Below are positions 13,601 through 28,400 of a stretch of 64,000 nucleotides of DNA, piece after piece (within the stretch, counting starts at the first letter, position 1; every line of letters begins with the position of its first letter). The translations under genes and the position numbers were made by a program. The notes beneath the pieces are model-generated. The model was not told the origin of the DNA. It was given only the letters and a program-made list of their open reading frames with translations, and made no database searches. Source of the stretch: Fimbriosthenelais zetlandica. Lineage: Eukaryota. The stretch spans positions 9,796,001-9,860,000 of the forward strand of contig OZ365111.1 of assembly GCA_977030845.1 (NCBI GenBank), written 5' to 3'.

Positions 13601-16600
13601 ATCGGTTTATTTAGGGGATTAAAATTTAAATTTCATCATGGGAAGTTCCTCTCTGCATTAATATTTGGTGAAATATTGGTGTCGGGCTTAATAAGAGGCC
13701 TACTGAAAATATAAATTACCCTCGACTTTTCACTAATTTGGGTGAGTTATTGCCTTAACCTAGCCTACTCTTGGTATACTTTGATGTCAGATTGAAGAAA
13801 TACAAAGTATATAATGTTGGTTTAAACGAGTAGATATCAATCTTATTCCAGAAATAATTGATGTTGTGCAGCATGTCAGATGAAAGCTGACAATAAACAA
13901 TTAGCCCCATTGCTAAAAGATGCATGAAAAAGTACCACCCATCTAGTTAAATAAACCAAAATGACAAGTACTAAAGTCACAGTGCTATATCATCACCCGC
14001 TCCCCATTCCCCCTTTTGTTCGGGGAACAATATATGAAAACTGTGGTGGGATCTATTTGTTGATAAAGCGATCTTAATCTGAGTAATATGATCTCTGGTT
14101 ATATTTCACCAGGGAACTAACCGACTACCATCTCATATATAACGAGGGAATCTTCTGGCCTGTTTTCACACTTTTGCCTCTGTTTTCTTACTTTTATAAG
14201 TAGAAGGACTCACCTGTAGCCAACAATAGGTCAGGGATTCACCCAGTTTTATTGATCCTTCAGAAAAACCTCCCTGCACAAATAGATGCACTTTCTCTGT
14301 AGATCACCTAGACATCTCGATTTATATCGTCTAGGATCTTTGTGTGGCATTTTTATTACATATCCAATGTCATCCTATAAATGGGACACTAGGCTATAGG
14401 TAACTGAATTAGAATTCCAATGCAAATGTTAAAAACTATCATAAAAAGTATATCTTCGGCATAATATGCAATAAGTATGCACACAAGTACATCACATTGC
14501 GGTATTATATACCCGGTACAGATCTGATGATATGAACCCATGTATTTTCCATGCAATGTCATTACCAAGTCTTTAATTAATTGATTTTAATTAAGCATTT
14601 ATCTTAATTACCTATGTGTATAATTTGCAATGGAAGCTGGATGGGAGGCAGAGTTGTGCATGGTATGAGAAAAACAGGTTTAAACCCCGAACTATATCAG
14701 AGAGATTTAGTGGTGTTCTTTGAGTTAATTATACCTAATAACATAATTGCCTGGTAAGCCTTATATAATGAAAATAGTAATCAAAATTCCAGAGGATTAG
14801 AGCTCCCAGGATCTAATCACACAAGTGACTGAAATTAATTACCAACCCCATGTGGGATTTTTCAGCGAATTTACTCCCTAAACGTTTCCTTCTGTCTATT
14901 TTTTTCATCTCATTTGATTTGAAAATGAAAATTTAAAGTCGAAGAATACATGTATACAGACAGTACATACCTATATTAAAGGTAAAACTTTCACCTTGGC
15001 TGAGGACGAGCAGAGGAGTATAGCAATTGGTAGAAAGCACACGTCGTTGCTAATTTTTTCCTTCATTATATAGTCAGTCATGGATGAGAGGAAGTAGGGC
15101 AGAGATGGTACTCATAAAAGAAGAGTGACCAAGTTTTAGAGAGAATATTTGACTATAATGTATGACAAAAAATGCAAATTAGCATAATTTTCTTCTGCAA
15201 ATGACAAAGCTAATATGTACAATGTATGTTACATATAGACAAATCCTATGATGTTAAACACCCTTCGCTCCCACACTCTTTTTCCTTTTCAGTCAATTTA
15301 AAGTATTTGAGTATATATAAGACTCAATTATGCATGAAAATTACGATAATTTGAATTGCAAATTGCCAATGAAATACTGACAATGAAAGTATCTGCTTAA
15401 AATAAACATTGTATACATAAAAGAAGAAGAAAACAGCAACGCCTTCCCATAAGGAATGTTCATAATAGGCTAGAAATAAATAATTATTACACTTGATTAT
15501 AAAAGATAAAGTCCCCCAAAAGCTTGTTTTGATCGTCAGTGAACTTGATATTATAGTTATACATCAACTAGACAAACTGCCTTGAAAGTCAAAGCAAAGA
15601 AATGGGAAGAATGGAAATTAAGTTCTCATTTCATAGAATATTTACTTCAGAGTGTCGGATTTGAGCCACTGAAGCATTTACATAAGAATTCCTGATATAA
15701 TTTGATATAATGGGAATTTAAGCTTCAACATAGTCTCTGGACAAAGTTATGTTGTCTAGATTCAAGTGAAAAATATTGAGATAAAATGTATGAAAGCCGC
15801 CCCACAACTCAGGTTACAATAGACACAATACATAAGATAGATCACGTCAGAACACTGCTATTAATCTGCATCAAACGAGACTATTTAAACCTATATTTAA
15901 ATGATTAAATGTCTTGAGAATACAAGGACAACATTGCCCAATCATTTTGGAATACTGTACTCTTTACCAGAATCATTTTAGAATAGGATAATTTGCTTTT
16001 AAAATGTATGTTAGTCCTGAAGGAAACTCTCTCTTACAAAATCCCCCTCAAGTCAGATAATTAGAATGTCTCTTGTGACCTACTCCAGTTTACGTTAAAA
16101 GAAGGTAAAATAGATGAGAGTATGAGCAATCATAAAAAGGTAGTCGCGAGAAAGTTTTTACCTTTAGACAGACTGTCAACTTGCAAGAAGACCAGATGGT
16201 CTGTTATTGTTTGCTTGCCGTTTAGTTTTATACCGACTAGACAATTACTTTCTCAGAATATCTTTTTTATGTATCGATGTCTAGGTTTGTAATCATGAAC
16301 AAAAGAAAATTATAATGACAACAATTGTCAAAGAAAGAAGGAAAATTTCAATCTTCTGGTTTTAAAGCATTTAGATCATCGCTAAACTGCCAGTGTCTTG
16401 ATAATTGCTGAATGGACACGCCCAAATGTTCGGTTGTCAGAGAAAGCAAATATACTGAAGCCCTATAGGCATCAGAGGTCATGGAGATAAATTGATAACA
16501 ACCTCCATTTTCATTTCAAAACTGTCGAATGATGTATGTGACATTCCTTTGTTAACACCGATTAGAATACCATTATGGCTTCAAGTCATTAGGACTAAAA

Positions 16601-19464
16601 CAGAGATAACACCTCACAGCTGACAGCGTAACACATGACATAACCTTAGGGGCAATTGGAATGAGTTCACAATCCAAAGAAAAACTATAGTATGACTTAA
16701 TTGCTATATAGTTATATATAGAACATATAGCAATTAATACATGAATTAGTGTGTGGCAAAACCTAACATGACTGTACAGCAATTAGTTCTTTTGACCGGA
16801 GAGATAAAAGAGTATTTTCTCTTTTCTTCTACATGTATATGATTCATAATAAGTTTAAAGCCCTCGTTCACCCTCTTATAGCTGAAGTACAAACAGAAAT
16901 GGATGAATTAAGGGCTAGGCCTTCCTCAGGTTAGCCATATAGTAGGTTCCCAGAAGCTCCTCTGTACAGGACAGCTTCAAACTTGGACAGAATTGGACGG
17001 TGAAGCACCGAGTGATGGCACATTAGAAAACAAAGATACCCAATCTTTGAATGACTCACTTTGAATGTAATGTTAAACAACATAAGCCCGGGAACATAAG
17101 ATTTGGAAGCATGCCCCTTGTAAGTAAAGATCACAGTAGAATAAAGCAGCATATCCGTGTCAACTTTTACAGCATATACATCTGCATTTGTCATTCACAA
17201 TACAAGTGGATTATATGCTGCACCATTTATAGAATCTTATTACAATGTGTAATTTGAATGTGAAATACAGTATACTTTCTTCTTGCTAAAAATGACTATT
17301 ATACTAAGGTTACATGACATTGTGTTATGGTGATCTCTTGTGACATTTCCTATTGATATTGCATTGTGATATTGCATCGGGAGAACGATTCTACCGAAGA
17401 ATGAAAAAAAAGATTCATAGGTTCCTCAACAGCTGCATGAAATAAATCCTAATACTTGCCAAGAAATCAAGTTCCTATTTGAATCAGGATCTGTATTATA
17501 GCCGAAGGCCATGACAGAGAGGTAGAATGATTTAAAAGAAGCCTTCTTTCATTGTAGACAAGAACCTTGATAGAAATAGAGACTTTACAACTTTATACAG
17601 TTCACTGCTTCTGAAAAGGGATATTTTATTACATTGTGATGTATCCAGGTTAAGGAAATGAGAGTAGGACGGGTAAAGCAATCATTTAATACAAAAAATA
17701 TTTTGTTGTTCATATTTAAATGCAAGCTTAATTATTATAACGAATATCCCTTCAAATTTAAATAACAAGTGATTTAGTTCTGAAAGTATTTTTGGATTAC
17801 ATGCAGGAATAAATTCACCATGCAAATCAGTTCCACCATGCAATTACTTAGTGCAAATGACATTTTTTTTTTTTTTTTTACAAATAATTTTTAGTTATGA
17901 TATCCCTGTCTTTGTCACACATGCAATATCCACAAGCCTGAATGAACATATACTCCCCGTTCCCAGGGAAATGTTCATTCTCCTTTCACTAAATTTCCTG
18001 AAAATCATAGACGATATTGTTCCTCAGACCACCTGAGTGGTCTGAATGAACAGGATAGGCGAAAAAACAATGCCATTTATTTCAAGATCAGCCAGTAAAT
18101 ATTTGCCAGCAAACATGTGTAAATGTCAGAAGGATCACCAAGCCCTTTTTCTATTTTTAGTAATATTTTCTCCCTTTCTTATAGAGTAAGACCTACAGGT
18201 CATGCTTTTCATTGTCAGGTTTGGCTTGACCTCAGAGCTGCCATATTATATGGCTGTTAAATCCACATACCAAATGAACTCAGTATTTCTTTTTAAAAGT
18301 TGAATTTCAAATTCTATAGCTCAGCACAAAATGTTTGTTTTGATTCAAACAAAAGTAGTATCACCTGAGTTCTAGATATAATCACAAATCCATTTTTCAT
18401 CTTAATTAGAGAGATTTATAACCTATGTTGCATGTATGTATGTCAGACATGCATGACGCACTGAACCACACTTCCTCAGAAGAGGTATAGGCCTACATGT
18501 ACGTGGATTCATATACCAACAATGAGGGCCTTCTAGAATTTTAATAAAGCCCCGCCTTTGCTAGAGCAAGCAATTATATTGACTACCCCCTTTTGGACCA
18601 TCAACATGGACAATATTTCCACATTGTCTACCCCTCTATGCAAATTTAATTCGCAGAATTTGTTATGGCCTAAGTGTGGTTAAGTACCTTGTTTAGTGAC
18701 CTTGTTCATCAATGTGTTGTACCAAGCACATTCTAGGCCATTAAAATATTGAACTTTGCCCATGGTTGAGACTATAACAATTCTCATTGAAAATAGATTG
18801 GAGCACGATATATGTTACTCATTAAGTTAAGGAAACCATATCCTCAGAACGAATAATTAAATTTGGATGATTTTTAAGAGTACAGTACGTAATCTTGAGT
18901 GAGAAAAAAAGGTGTAACGATTTAGGGCAGTCTCAATGGCTTTCCCATTGCAGAACTTGTCCCTCTCCCACAAACACTAGGCTTTCCAACAGTAAATATG
19001 CTCGGCTTTATTGAAATAGAATACCTACCAAGGAGAAGGGGAGCAGGGAAACATGTGGATATCAAACATAGTAAATATAGTACATGCTGAAAAATCCACA
19101 CACTTTTGTCATGGAAATAAACCTTAAACTGTACCAGCATTTGATGTATTGAATTTACAAATGGTTAGCAATTCCTGGCACTTTGTACAATATTTGGAAG
19201 GAACAAGATTGATGTTATGTTAAACACATTTCTTGTTAAGGGAGAAATCTGACATCTGTTTGACTACCTTTAAATAATCTTCAACCTCAAAGGTTTAATA
19301 TTGGCTGAGGGGAAAGTTCACGACACAACGTTCTTCATGCATTTAGATAAAGCCTGCAAGATCCAGTCTCTTCGTTTCAATATCTAGTAAAACGATCCTT
19401 ATTATTGCTTCGTATTGATTCCTTCCTAAAATATATTATTTTTTTGTATTTTCAGATCCTAGTC

Positions 19465-22400
19465 ATGGCTGCTTTCATCTTATTCCTGGTTGCTGCCCTC
19501 TTACCGGAAGTACTCCCACAAAACTGCATCCCCAGTTCCGGCCAGACACCATTGAAGTTTGTCCATGTGCCAGCAGACAGAGCTAATGATGATTATTTCT
19601 ATATTGGGGGAATGTTCGGTGTTCACGAAGCCGGACCTTCACCCTATGAGTGTGGCAAGGTGAGGGAGAGGGGTATACAAAATTTAGAAGCTTTCATATG
19701 GGCCATTGGTAGTTATGGGTCCAGGCTCCAAAATGTGCTTGATGGCATTGACATTGGCGGTATTGCCTTTGATTCTTGCTCCAGTGAGGACAGATTGGTC
19801 ACCCAACTCATTAGTTTTGAAAACTGCTTTGTTGGGTTTGGTAACCCTTCTATAGAACCCAACAGAGTATTTGGCTATGTGGGCCCGGACAGGAGTAGTG
19901 AGGCCCTTCGTCTGGCACCACTTCTTGGCCAAATGAAAAAAATAACCATCAGCCATGCAGCAACCAGCACAGCATTAAGCAATCCAGAATTTAAATATTT
20001 TCTGAGAACAGTGCCCTCTGATGCGGAGCAAATCAAAGCAATAATTGGATTAGTTAAGCAACAAAACTGGAGATATATTCAAGTTGTGTACAGCATGAAC
20101 TCCTATGGCCAAACGGGTCTTCAAGGATTGATGAAGGAAGGAGAGAATGAAGGAATTTGTATCACTAATATGGAAGGGATTCCCTCAAACTACACAGATG
20201 CAGCCATGGATAGCATTGTTGATGGCCTAAGAGAGGAATCTAAAACAAGTGTCGTTGTTATGTTTGCCAATGATAACCTCGTCCGTGAATTTCTCAAAGC
20301 TGTTGGCAGAAAAAATGCAAGAGGGGAATTTACCTTCATAGGTTCTAACTCTTGGGGAATAAATGAACGTGTAGTTAAGGATGTGGAAGAGGAAGCTGAG
20401 GGAGCAGTCACCTTTACATTAAATGCCAAATGGAACCCAGTAGATGATTTTAGGCTTTACTATAGCAACCTTAAACCAGAGAACAATAAACACAACCCTT
20501 GGTTCAATGAATACTGGCAAGAGAAGTTCAACTGTTATCTTCCAGGGGAGCCAAAAGCTTATCCAGAGGCCTGTGACACAGATGTACAAAGCCTTACAGA
20601 TTTCTCTATGGATACTTATGTTCCTTATACCATTATGGCAGTGGATGCCATAATCAAAGGAGTAGACTTGGCAAAGAATGTCCAATGCCCTTATGCTGAT
20701 AACAAGCTCTGTTCAACCTTCATGAATAGTGCTGCAAAATGGGATTTACTGAAGAGCAAGATCTACACTGTACAGATGCCGTCTGTGGTTCAGTTCAATG
20801 ACACCACTGGAGACAATAGATTTGCTGATATGGATATGTACAATTACAGAGGCCCACAAGACGTTACAACTTGTGCAAATCATTGTTATACTAAGGTAGG
20901 ATAATTTCACATTTCTATTTTTCTTTAAAGCATTTCAATCCTTTCCTCATATGTGCTTCATAATCTTCAAATAATCTTCAGATAAATCTATTTATGCAAG
21001 GTGGTGATGAAGATTCATTTACAGATGTCCTTCTGGTACAAAATGCCACACAGGCAGAGCACTCCAAATGCATCTGGGGCATCGCTCTGTACCTAGGGTT
21101 TGTTTGATTGCATTTTTTGAGGAAGTCGGAATGTGGTCTTGTTTAGAGAAGGCTCTACACCAACTTTTACTTTGTTAGGGTTAGTGCGGTATAACCTAAG
21201 GGCGTATTTCAGGCGACCAGGCTTTCTTTACTAGTACAACATTTTATATGTAGAAGGGTATCCAATTTCTCTTCATGACTGTCATCATATCTTGGCAGCA
21301 ACCCATTAGATTTGAGATAAAACCGCTACTGAAAAGTCATGATTAATTGCTAAATAATAAATTGCCCCATACCCACATGATTTGCGGGGATGTATTTTGA
21401 GTATAAAACCAGTTATGGCCTGGCAATTATGGGCTGCATAACATTGGATCGATTGAAGTTGAATTAATTTCCTATGCAGAGCATGCATGTATTGTGACCA
21501 CTTGAGCTTGGCATCAGGGTTGGTCTTGAACATAGTTGACAACTGTTGATTGATTAAGATTGAAAATCTGCTCTCTGGGACATACTAATGCAACCATGAT
21601 ATATGGGTTTGAGAAAAGTTTGTTACAAAAAATACCTTTCTTGATTTGAAACTTGGTTTAAAACTTAACCTGGGTTGAAGGGAAAAATATTAATGTTTCG
21701 GCAAGAATTCTGCTTGAAATGGACTTGTTTGATTCAGACAAAAATTTGTTTACTTTTAAAAGTGTTTAGTAATTGAGTGATTTTGAGTGAAAATGAGTGA
21801 TTTTGTGGATCTTTGCATGGGACTTAACTAAAGAGCAAGGTTTAAAGGGTTAAATTCTGCAAAAGTTCCGCAATAGCTGGGCTAGATAATATTCAACAGT
21901 ACATGATAAAATCAGTCTTCATGAAAAAATACATTCCATTCATGGAGTACTTCACCCCATTTTGCACATTGTGGACCAACCCTTTATGCACCAAACCCCA
22001 TTCATCTAAACACATAGCTCTCGTATGTAAAAGCAAGTAGAGTTTGTAAGTTTGCTTTCTTTCTCTACCTACATTATGGAGAAGCAATCAGACACCTGGA
22101 TAAATATTAGTAAATGGCAATGCTATAGTCAAATGTAAGGAGGTCTTTATAAGAGATAATGAACCATCGGCTATATCTGTAATATTTATTCAAAAATTAG
22201 GCACCCTGGTCTAATATTTGAGTATTAAATGTCTTCCATAAGGCTAAAACTACAAAGATTCATGACAATTAAGTTTAGTGCTAAATATATTAATTTCCAT
22301 GACAATGACAACCAAAAAACGAATCACAACCTAAATAATATTATGTAAAGAAAATCTGTCTGTTTTCATGAATCAGAATATTGCAATTCGAAAAGGATTT

Positions 22401-25400
22401 CCCATTCGTTTACTTATGGGGCGCCAAGTGTTACCTTTTATATTTCGTACTTCAATTATTTATTTCGATACGAAATATTTTTTATTTTGTACCACATTTA
22501 TTTAATTCTGTTTCAATTTATTTTATTTCGTCTGGAATTAAAATTCCGTGGACGGAATTTTAATTAATTTTAATTCCGTGGAAGGAATTAATATTCCGTG
22601 GACGGAATTAAAATTAATTAAAATTCCGTCCACGGAATATTAATTCCTTCCACGGAATTAAAATTAATTAAAATTCCGTCCACGGAATTAAAATTAATTA
22701 AAATTCCGTCCACGAAATATTAATTCCTTCCACGGAATTAAAATTAATTAAAATTCCGTCCACAGAATTTTAATTCTGTAGACGGAATTAAAATTTCGTT
22801 GACGGAATTAATTAATTCCGTCCACAGAATTTTAATTCTGTAGACGGAATTAAAATTTCGTTGACGGAATTAATTAATTACGTCCACAGAATTTTAATTC
22901 TGTAGACAGGATTAAAATTTCGTTGACGGAATTAATTAATTACGTCCACAGAATTTTAATTCTGTGGACGGAATTAATTAATTACGTCCACAGAATTTTA
23001 ATTCTGTAGACAGAATTAAAATTTCGTTGACGGAATTAATTAATTACGTCCACAGAATTAAAATTTCGTTGACGGAATTAATTAATTACGTCCACAGAAT
23101 TTTAATTCTGTAGACAGAATTAAAATTTCGTTGACGGAATTAATTAATTACGTCCACAGAATTTTAATTCTGTAGACGGAATTAATCAATTCCGTCCACA
23201 GAATTTTAATTCTGTAGACGGAATAAAAATTTCGTTGACGGAATTAATTAATTCCGTCTATTTCCTTCAACCAACATAAGGTGGCAGCACGTTCAGGGGA
23301 CAGTGATTCACTCCATAGACGTAGACACTCCTAGCCTAGCCACCAAAGGTTTAGAGCTACAACTTGAATTTCAGGGCAATTTAAGCAAGGAAACATTTCA
23401 TAATTAAGGGAGAGTAGTCACATTTCTAAGATAATTAATCATAAACTGCATATTGAATGCTTAAAATTAATTGTAAAACCTAGAGAAACGAAGTTGTTGT
23501 CCTGCGATATCAAGACAACTAATAACGTTGTGTTGTCATAGCTCCCCCAGTGTTGCCATGAGTTCCCCGACGTCACCACCTTTGCCTCGCCCAAGAAAAG
23601 CACTCTCACCAATGATCAGTATCACATAATAAAAGTTGGTCCACTTAGAGCATATGCTAAGTCCCATTGGTAGATCCGATGACTATAATAAATAGCTTAA
23701 AAATAAGAAATAAAAGCGCCAGTAGCCCTGTCGGCGATCAGCACGTCATAGCGGACACGTGGCGGGGACGTCAGTGCTTGGGAGCGGCGCTTTGGTAACG
23801 GTGACCCCGTGACATCATAACTGGGTCCTGATCGCGCATGCGCAGTGGTAATGCCGATATGACTTACTATTGGCCAGATTCAGGTCACGTGACTATAGTA
23901 GGCCCATAGACGTAGCCTGACGTCTAACTCAACGTTAGCGTTGGTTCTTGGTAAGAAGATGGATGAAAAAGGTCTGAACAAGCTGATATCGGTACTTACA
24001 GAGGTGAGTAGACTTATTAATCAACTTTATTCAGTGTTCCCACTGTTATTTTCATCCAAATTAGAAGTGTAGGCATATCTTTGGAGCCACCTGGCACCTG
24101 GGGTAGGCCTACGGCTAGGCAGCCTCCGAGTGGGGCGACCCGGCGAGTCCTTGCCTGACCTCGGCCTAGCCATAGATATTATTACATTATTAGAGAACTA
24201 TAGCTGGGTATAGGCCTAACAGTTACAGTACAATTTAGAAACAAAATATTGGATTGGCATCTATGGCCGTATATTTGGTGGGATTTTAACACTCCAAAAC
24301 ATTCCTAAATAATTTAGGCCTAGTCCTAGAATAATAAAAAATAATACCGGCGCAAAGTTCAGCATATGCCGCCATCTTGGTCTTGGAAAACACGTGTTGC
24401 AAGATAAAATCTATATCAATCTAGGCGCCCATTTGACACCATTTGACAAATGGGCGCATAGATTTTTTCTTGCGATGTTGGTGATTGTTATGTTATGAAT
24501 ACAAGAACCAGATCAGATGCTCACTAGTTTTCACATTGAACAAGAAATTTTGCTGATACCAATGAAAAAGGTTTCCCTATGTCGGGCTAGTACGTCGTTA
24601 GACAGAGTATCCATCTCTACCAAGGTAGACCTGTACAGGGACAGGGCTGGTTATACTGGCTATAGTACGTCGTAGGCCTACATGACATATGATCTAGTAC
24701 TAGTAGTAGGCCTACATCTACATGTAGTGATGTAGGCTAGATGTGAAAACGTGGGAAGTTTTTAGGCCTAGATATATTATAAATATTTCTGCCGTAGCCG
24801 TAGGCTAGGGGCTAAGGCCTAATTAGCGTTATAATTATTATTAGGTTAATAAATTAATAGGTAATTCCCGGGACGGGGATTTAAGCTAAAAGGCTAATAA
24901 TACTACTAGGCCTAACTTTAGAAATCTAATAATAGTATTATCTATTATTAGCCCTAGCCTAGCCTACTACTAGTACTAGGCCTTACCATCTCTAGTAATA
25001 TCTACAGTATGGCCTAACATAGACAAAATATTCGCCTCGGGTCCCATTCGGGCTACCAGAGTGGGGACAGCTATGCAGGCTAGGCCTAACATAGACGTAA
25101 GCCTAGGAGGGCTAGCCTAGGCCTAGTGTCATGCCAGTATAACCAGCCTATATAATGTAGTGAAGTGACTATACTATGTCTATTATAGTATAGACACGAC
25201 CGTCGTGGCTCCACTGACACTGCCACTGAATAAAACAGGCCTTGGAGGCACAACCAAAGAGTGGGGAAGTTTAAGGGGCCCCCTTGCCCCTAAAGTTGAA
25301 AAATTCCAAATTCCGAACTAGGTTATTAATATTACTATTAGGGTTAGGTTAGGGTTAGGCCAGTAAGTTAGGGTTAGGATAGATAGAGTAAGCCAGGTAA

Positions 25401-28400
25401 AATATGTTTTTATTAGTTTTCTGGTCGGGGCCAGAGCGATTAATTCAGGGGCCTGTTTCAGAACAAATATTAGCAATGCTAAGTCTATGGGAAATTTTTA
25501 CGCTGAAACAGGCCCCTGACCTTATAGACACGTGGAGAATATAAGCAGGTCTAACCTTAGCATTATAATATGATTTTTTTTTTTTTTTTTTTTTTACAAA
25601 TTATAATCCTGCTGCAGGAATGATTATAGTTAATGGGAAAAAAATCGGAAAATGGGGGCCTTAGGAGCCCACTGGGGGACAGTTGGTGCCCAGGGGGCGA
25701 AACCCCCGGAAGCACATGGTTTCAGCTTCTTGAAGGATTTTTAAGGGAATCTCTGGACACATTTCTCTGTCAACTGAAGCCCTATGCAGTGTTTTTAGGC
25801 TAGTCCCTGCCCCTGAGCCTCTATCTGATTCTCGACTTGTAATTTTGAAAAGATTTTTTTACCAAAATAAAGCTGGTGATGTGCGCCCTATGGGCCTTTA
25901 TTTATTTGTGCGCGTCATTGGTGCAAAGTCTCTGCCCTGGACTACTCTAATGTCTTTTCTTCTATTTAGTTACGAGGAAATCCACAGCCAACAAATACCT
26001 CACACCATAATGAGCCTCAGCCTTCTACGTCTGGCACAGGCCATGACTCCGACTCTGATTTCCAGTTAACGGTGAGCATCCCAAAACATATTTTCTTCAC
26101 CAATGACAATCGGAAAGCCATCAACTGTCATGCAAATATATTAGCCTATGTAGGATAGAGGGTGTAAAATTGACAAGCGGGCGCATCCACATGGTGACAC
26201 GATGAATGCTAAAGTGTGTCCGCCCCGATTTAACGAGGAGGGCGGGGCGCCACCACGCCACCTAGCGAGTGCCGTCATAAATCACATAAGAGCCCATGTT
26301 TTTTTTAAAAAAGGTCCGTGACCCCTACTTTTTTATGTTTCATTTTAAAGCTATAAAATATATAATTTTTGCATTTTTTCATATTGTAATAGTTAATTGA
26401 AAGGGTGTTGGTGAGAGCAGGGAGGGTAGGCCTACATGTTCACGAATGGCTACATGTTCTTAATTACAGGGTCCTACATGGAGGATTTTGAATGTTTCTT
26501 TAAGCCAGATAGGCATGTTAGAGGGGTTGTGGTAGAGATAGGTATCTGACATGTTAATTGGGGATTAGACATGTAATGTTAGACGGGTTTTAGAGGTTGA
26601 ATATAATGAAAAATAGACATCTGGAACTCGATGGAGTACAGTATAAGCAGAGGGTAGATTAATGTTATTACAGTAATGAGTGTGTGTGGTAGTATGTTTA
26701 TAGTATATACTAGGTCTCTGGAAAATGGGAAGAACATTTTGTATCCGGTGCACTTTTGTCACAATAGAAAGATGAAAATTCTAACGGCAGATTTCCTAGG
26801 TTTAGTTCATCATAATTTAATATCTAAGATATAATTAATAACTATGATATAATTTCAAGCTTTAGGCTCCTAAGTTTAATAAGTGGAATTGCACCAGTTA
26901 AGAAATATTTGTGACAAGGGCAGGGATTTAGATAACGTGCGTATTTGCGTATATACGCTTCCCCACTCACTAAATACGCATCATCAGATCTTGTGCTAGG
27001 CGTACAATACGCAGTGATTTTCCATTAGAAAGCGTACCATAACTTTGTTTAATCTGAAGCTACGTCAAATAGGCATATAAACACCATTTAATAGGTCCTA
27101 ATAAGGCACAAATTCTTGACACAATGTAGTCTACTGTGCCGAATCCATCTGTGTATTCCATTTGACATTGAAGGAATGAAATAAGCAAAACCTAAGGGCA
27201 CAAAAAATTATACTGTACGCAACTTCGTGTAAAGAGGTGCGTACTGTACTCAAGTCTGAAAAAAATTATCTAAACCCCTGCAAGGGTGTATCCAGGAGAA
27301 ACGTAGATTGTGTGTTACTGCCTAATTCATGGGTAATTAATTGCAGATAATTCATTCATGATATACTTCTGTCCTCACATGTATGCTTTTCATGCTAGGC
27401 TAAGATCAAAATCATAAAATCTTAAAGTATATTTAAAATGCACAATTATAGGCTAAAGGAGATAATTATAATTTCAATGTTGGAAATGACCGGTTAATTA
27501 TTGCCCTCAACTTTATATGCATGCTCTGTGACAGAAGTTTATATTATTTGCTAAGTATTATAATAGTTTATTCTATGTTTGAAGTCATTTATAGTGTTTT
27601 TGGATATTGGAAATGGTTTGGAAGTATTTTGAACAAGGTATAACTGCTTTTCCTCCTCCTGACTGCTTTCCCCCATCCCAACTCGGGGCTGCCTCCCCGG
27701 GGTGGGGGAGGGAGGGTGATCACGTGGGTTAGTTGGTCGTGTCAGTGGGTAGTTGCCATTGGTCACTAATTTTGTACGAGTAGCTCCCCACAGACCAATC
27801 AGGGTTGAGGAATCGAAATGGGTAGAGAAGTTGAATGGTACCTATTAATACACCCTTGACCCTAATTTATGTCAGAGATGAATGAGCTCACCTGCCCACT
27901 TGGGATGGGAGGGGGTTCATTGGGTGCATGTGATTGGTTCTCGGGGTTTAATTAATAACCCATGTTCCTCTCGCTGATGTTACCATATCTTCTGATATCA
28001 TATCTTCAGCGAGAGGAGGCTGAGAATTTTCGCTCATGTTAACATATTTTCTGATATCATATCTTCAGCGAGAGGAGGCTGCTCCCCTCGCTCATGTTAC
28101 CATATCTCAGATATCATAACTCAAGCGTTGTTATACTAGCAGTTCCTGGAACTGCTAGTATAACAACGCTTTAGTCTATGGTTATACCATGGAGGGCATA
28201 TCTGCTGTTCCCCTCGCTGATGTTACCATATCTGAGATATCATATCTGATGTTCACTCGCTGATGTTCACCTCGCAGATCTCCTCGCTGGAGTTCAATCG
28301 CAGCATTTTTCGCAGGAAGCGTTTTCGTTAGCTGCCAGGCCAGCTAGCGCTCGCTGAACTTTTCGCAGCATTTTTCCTGCGATCATATCTTCTGCGAAAA

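Noticed and set aside
22540-23265. TIR arrays as a CRISPR array
   Set aside because: No unique spacers and no cas genes; eukaryotic context; mirrored at 37593-38220 as part of a transposon TIR.
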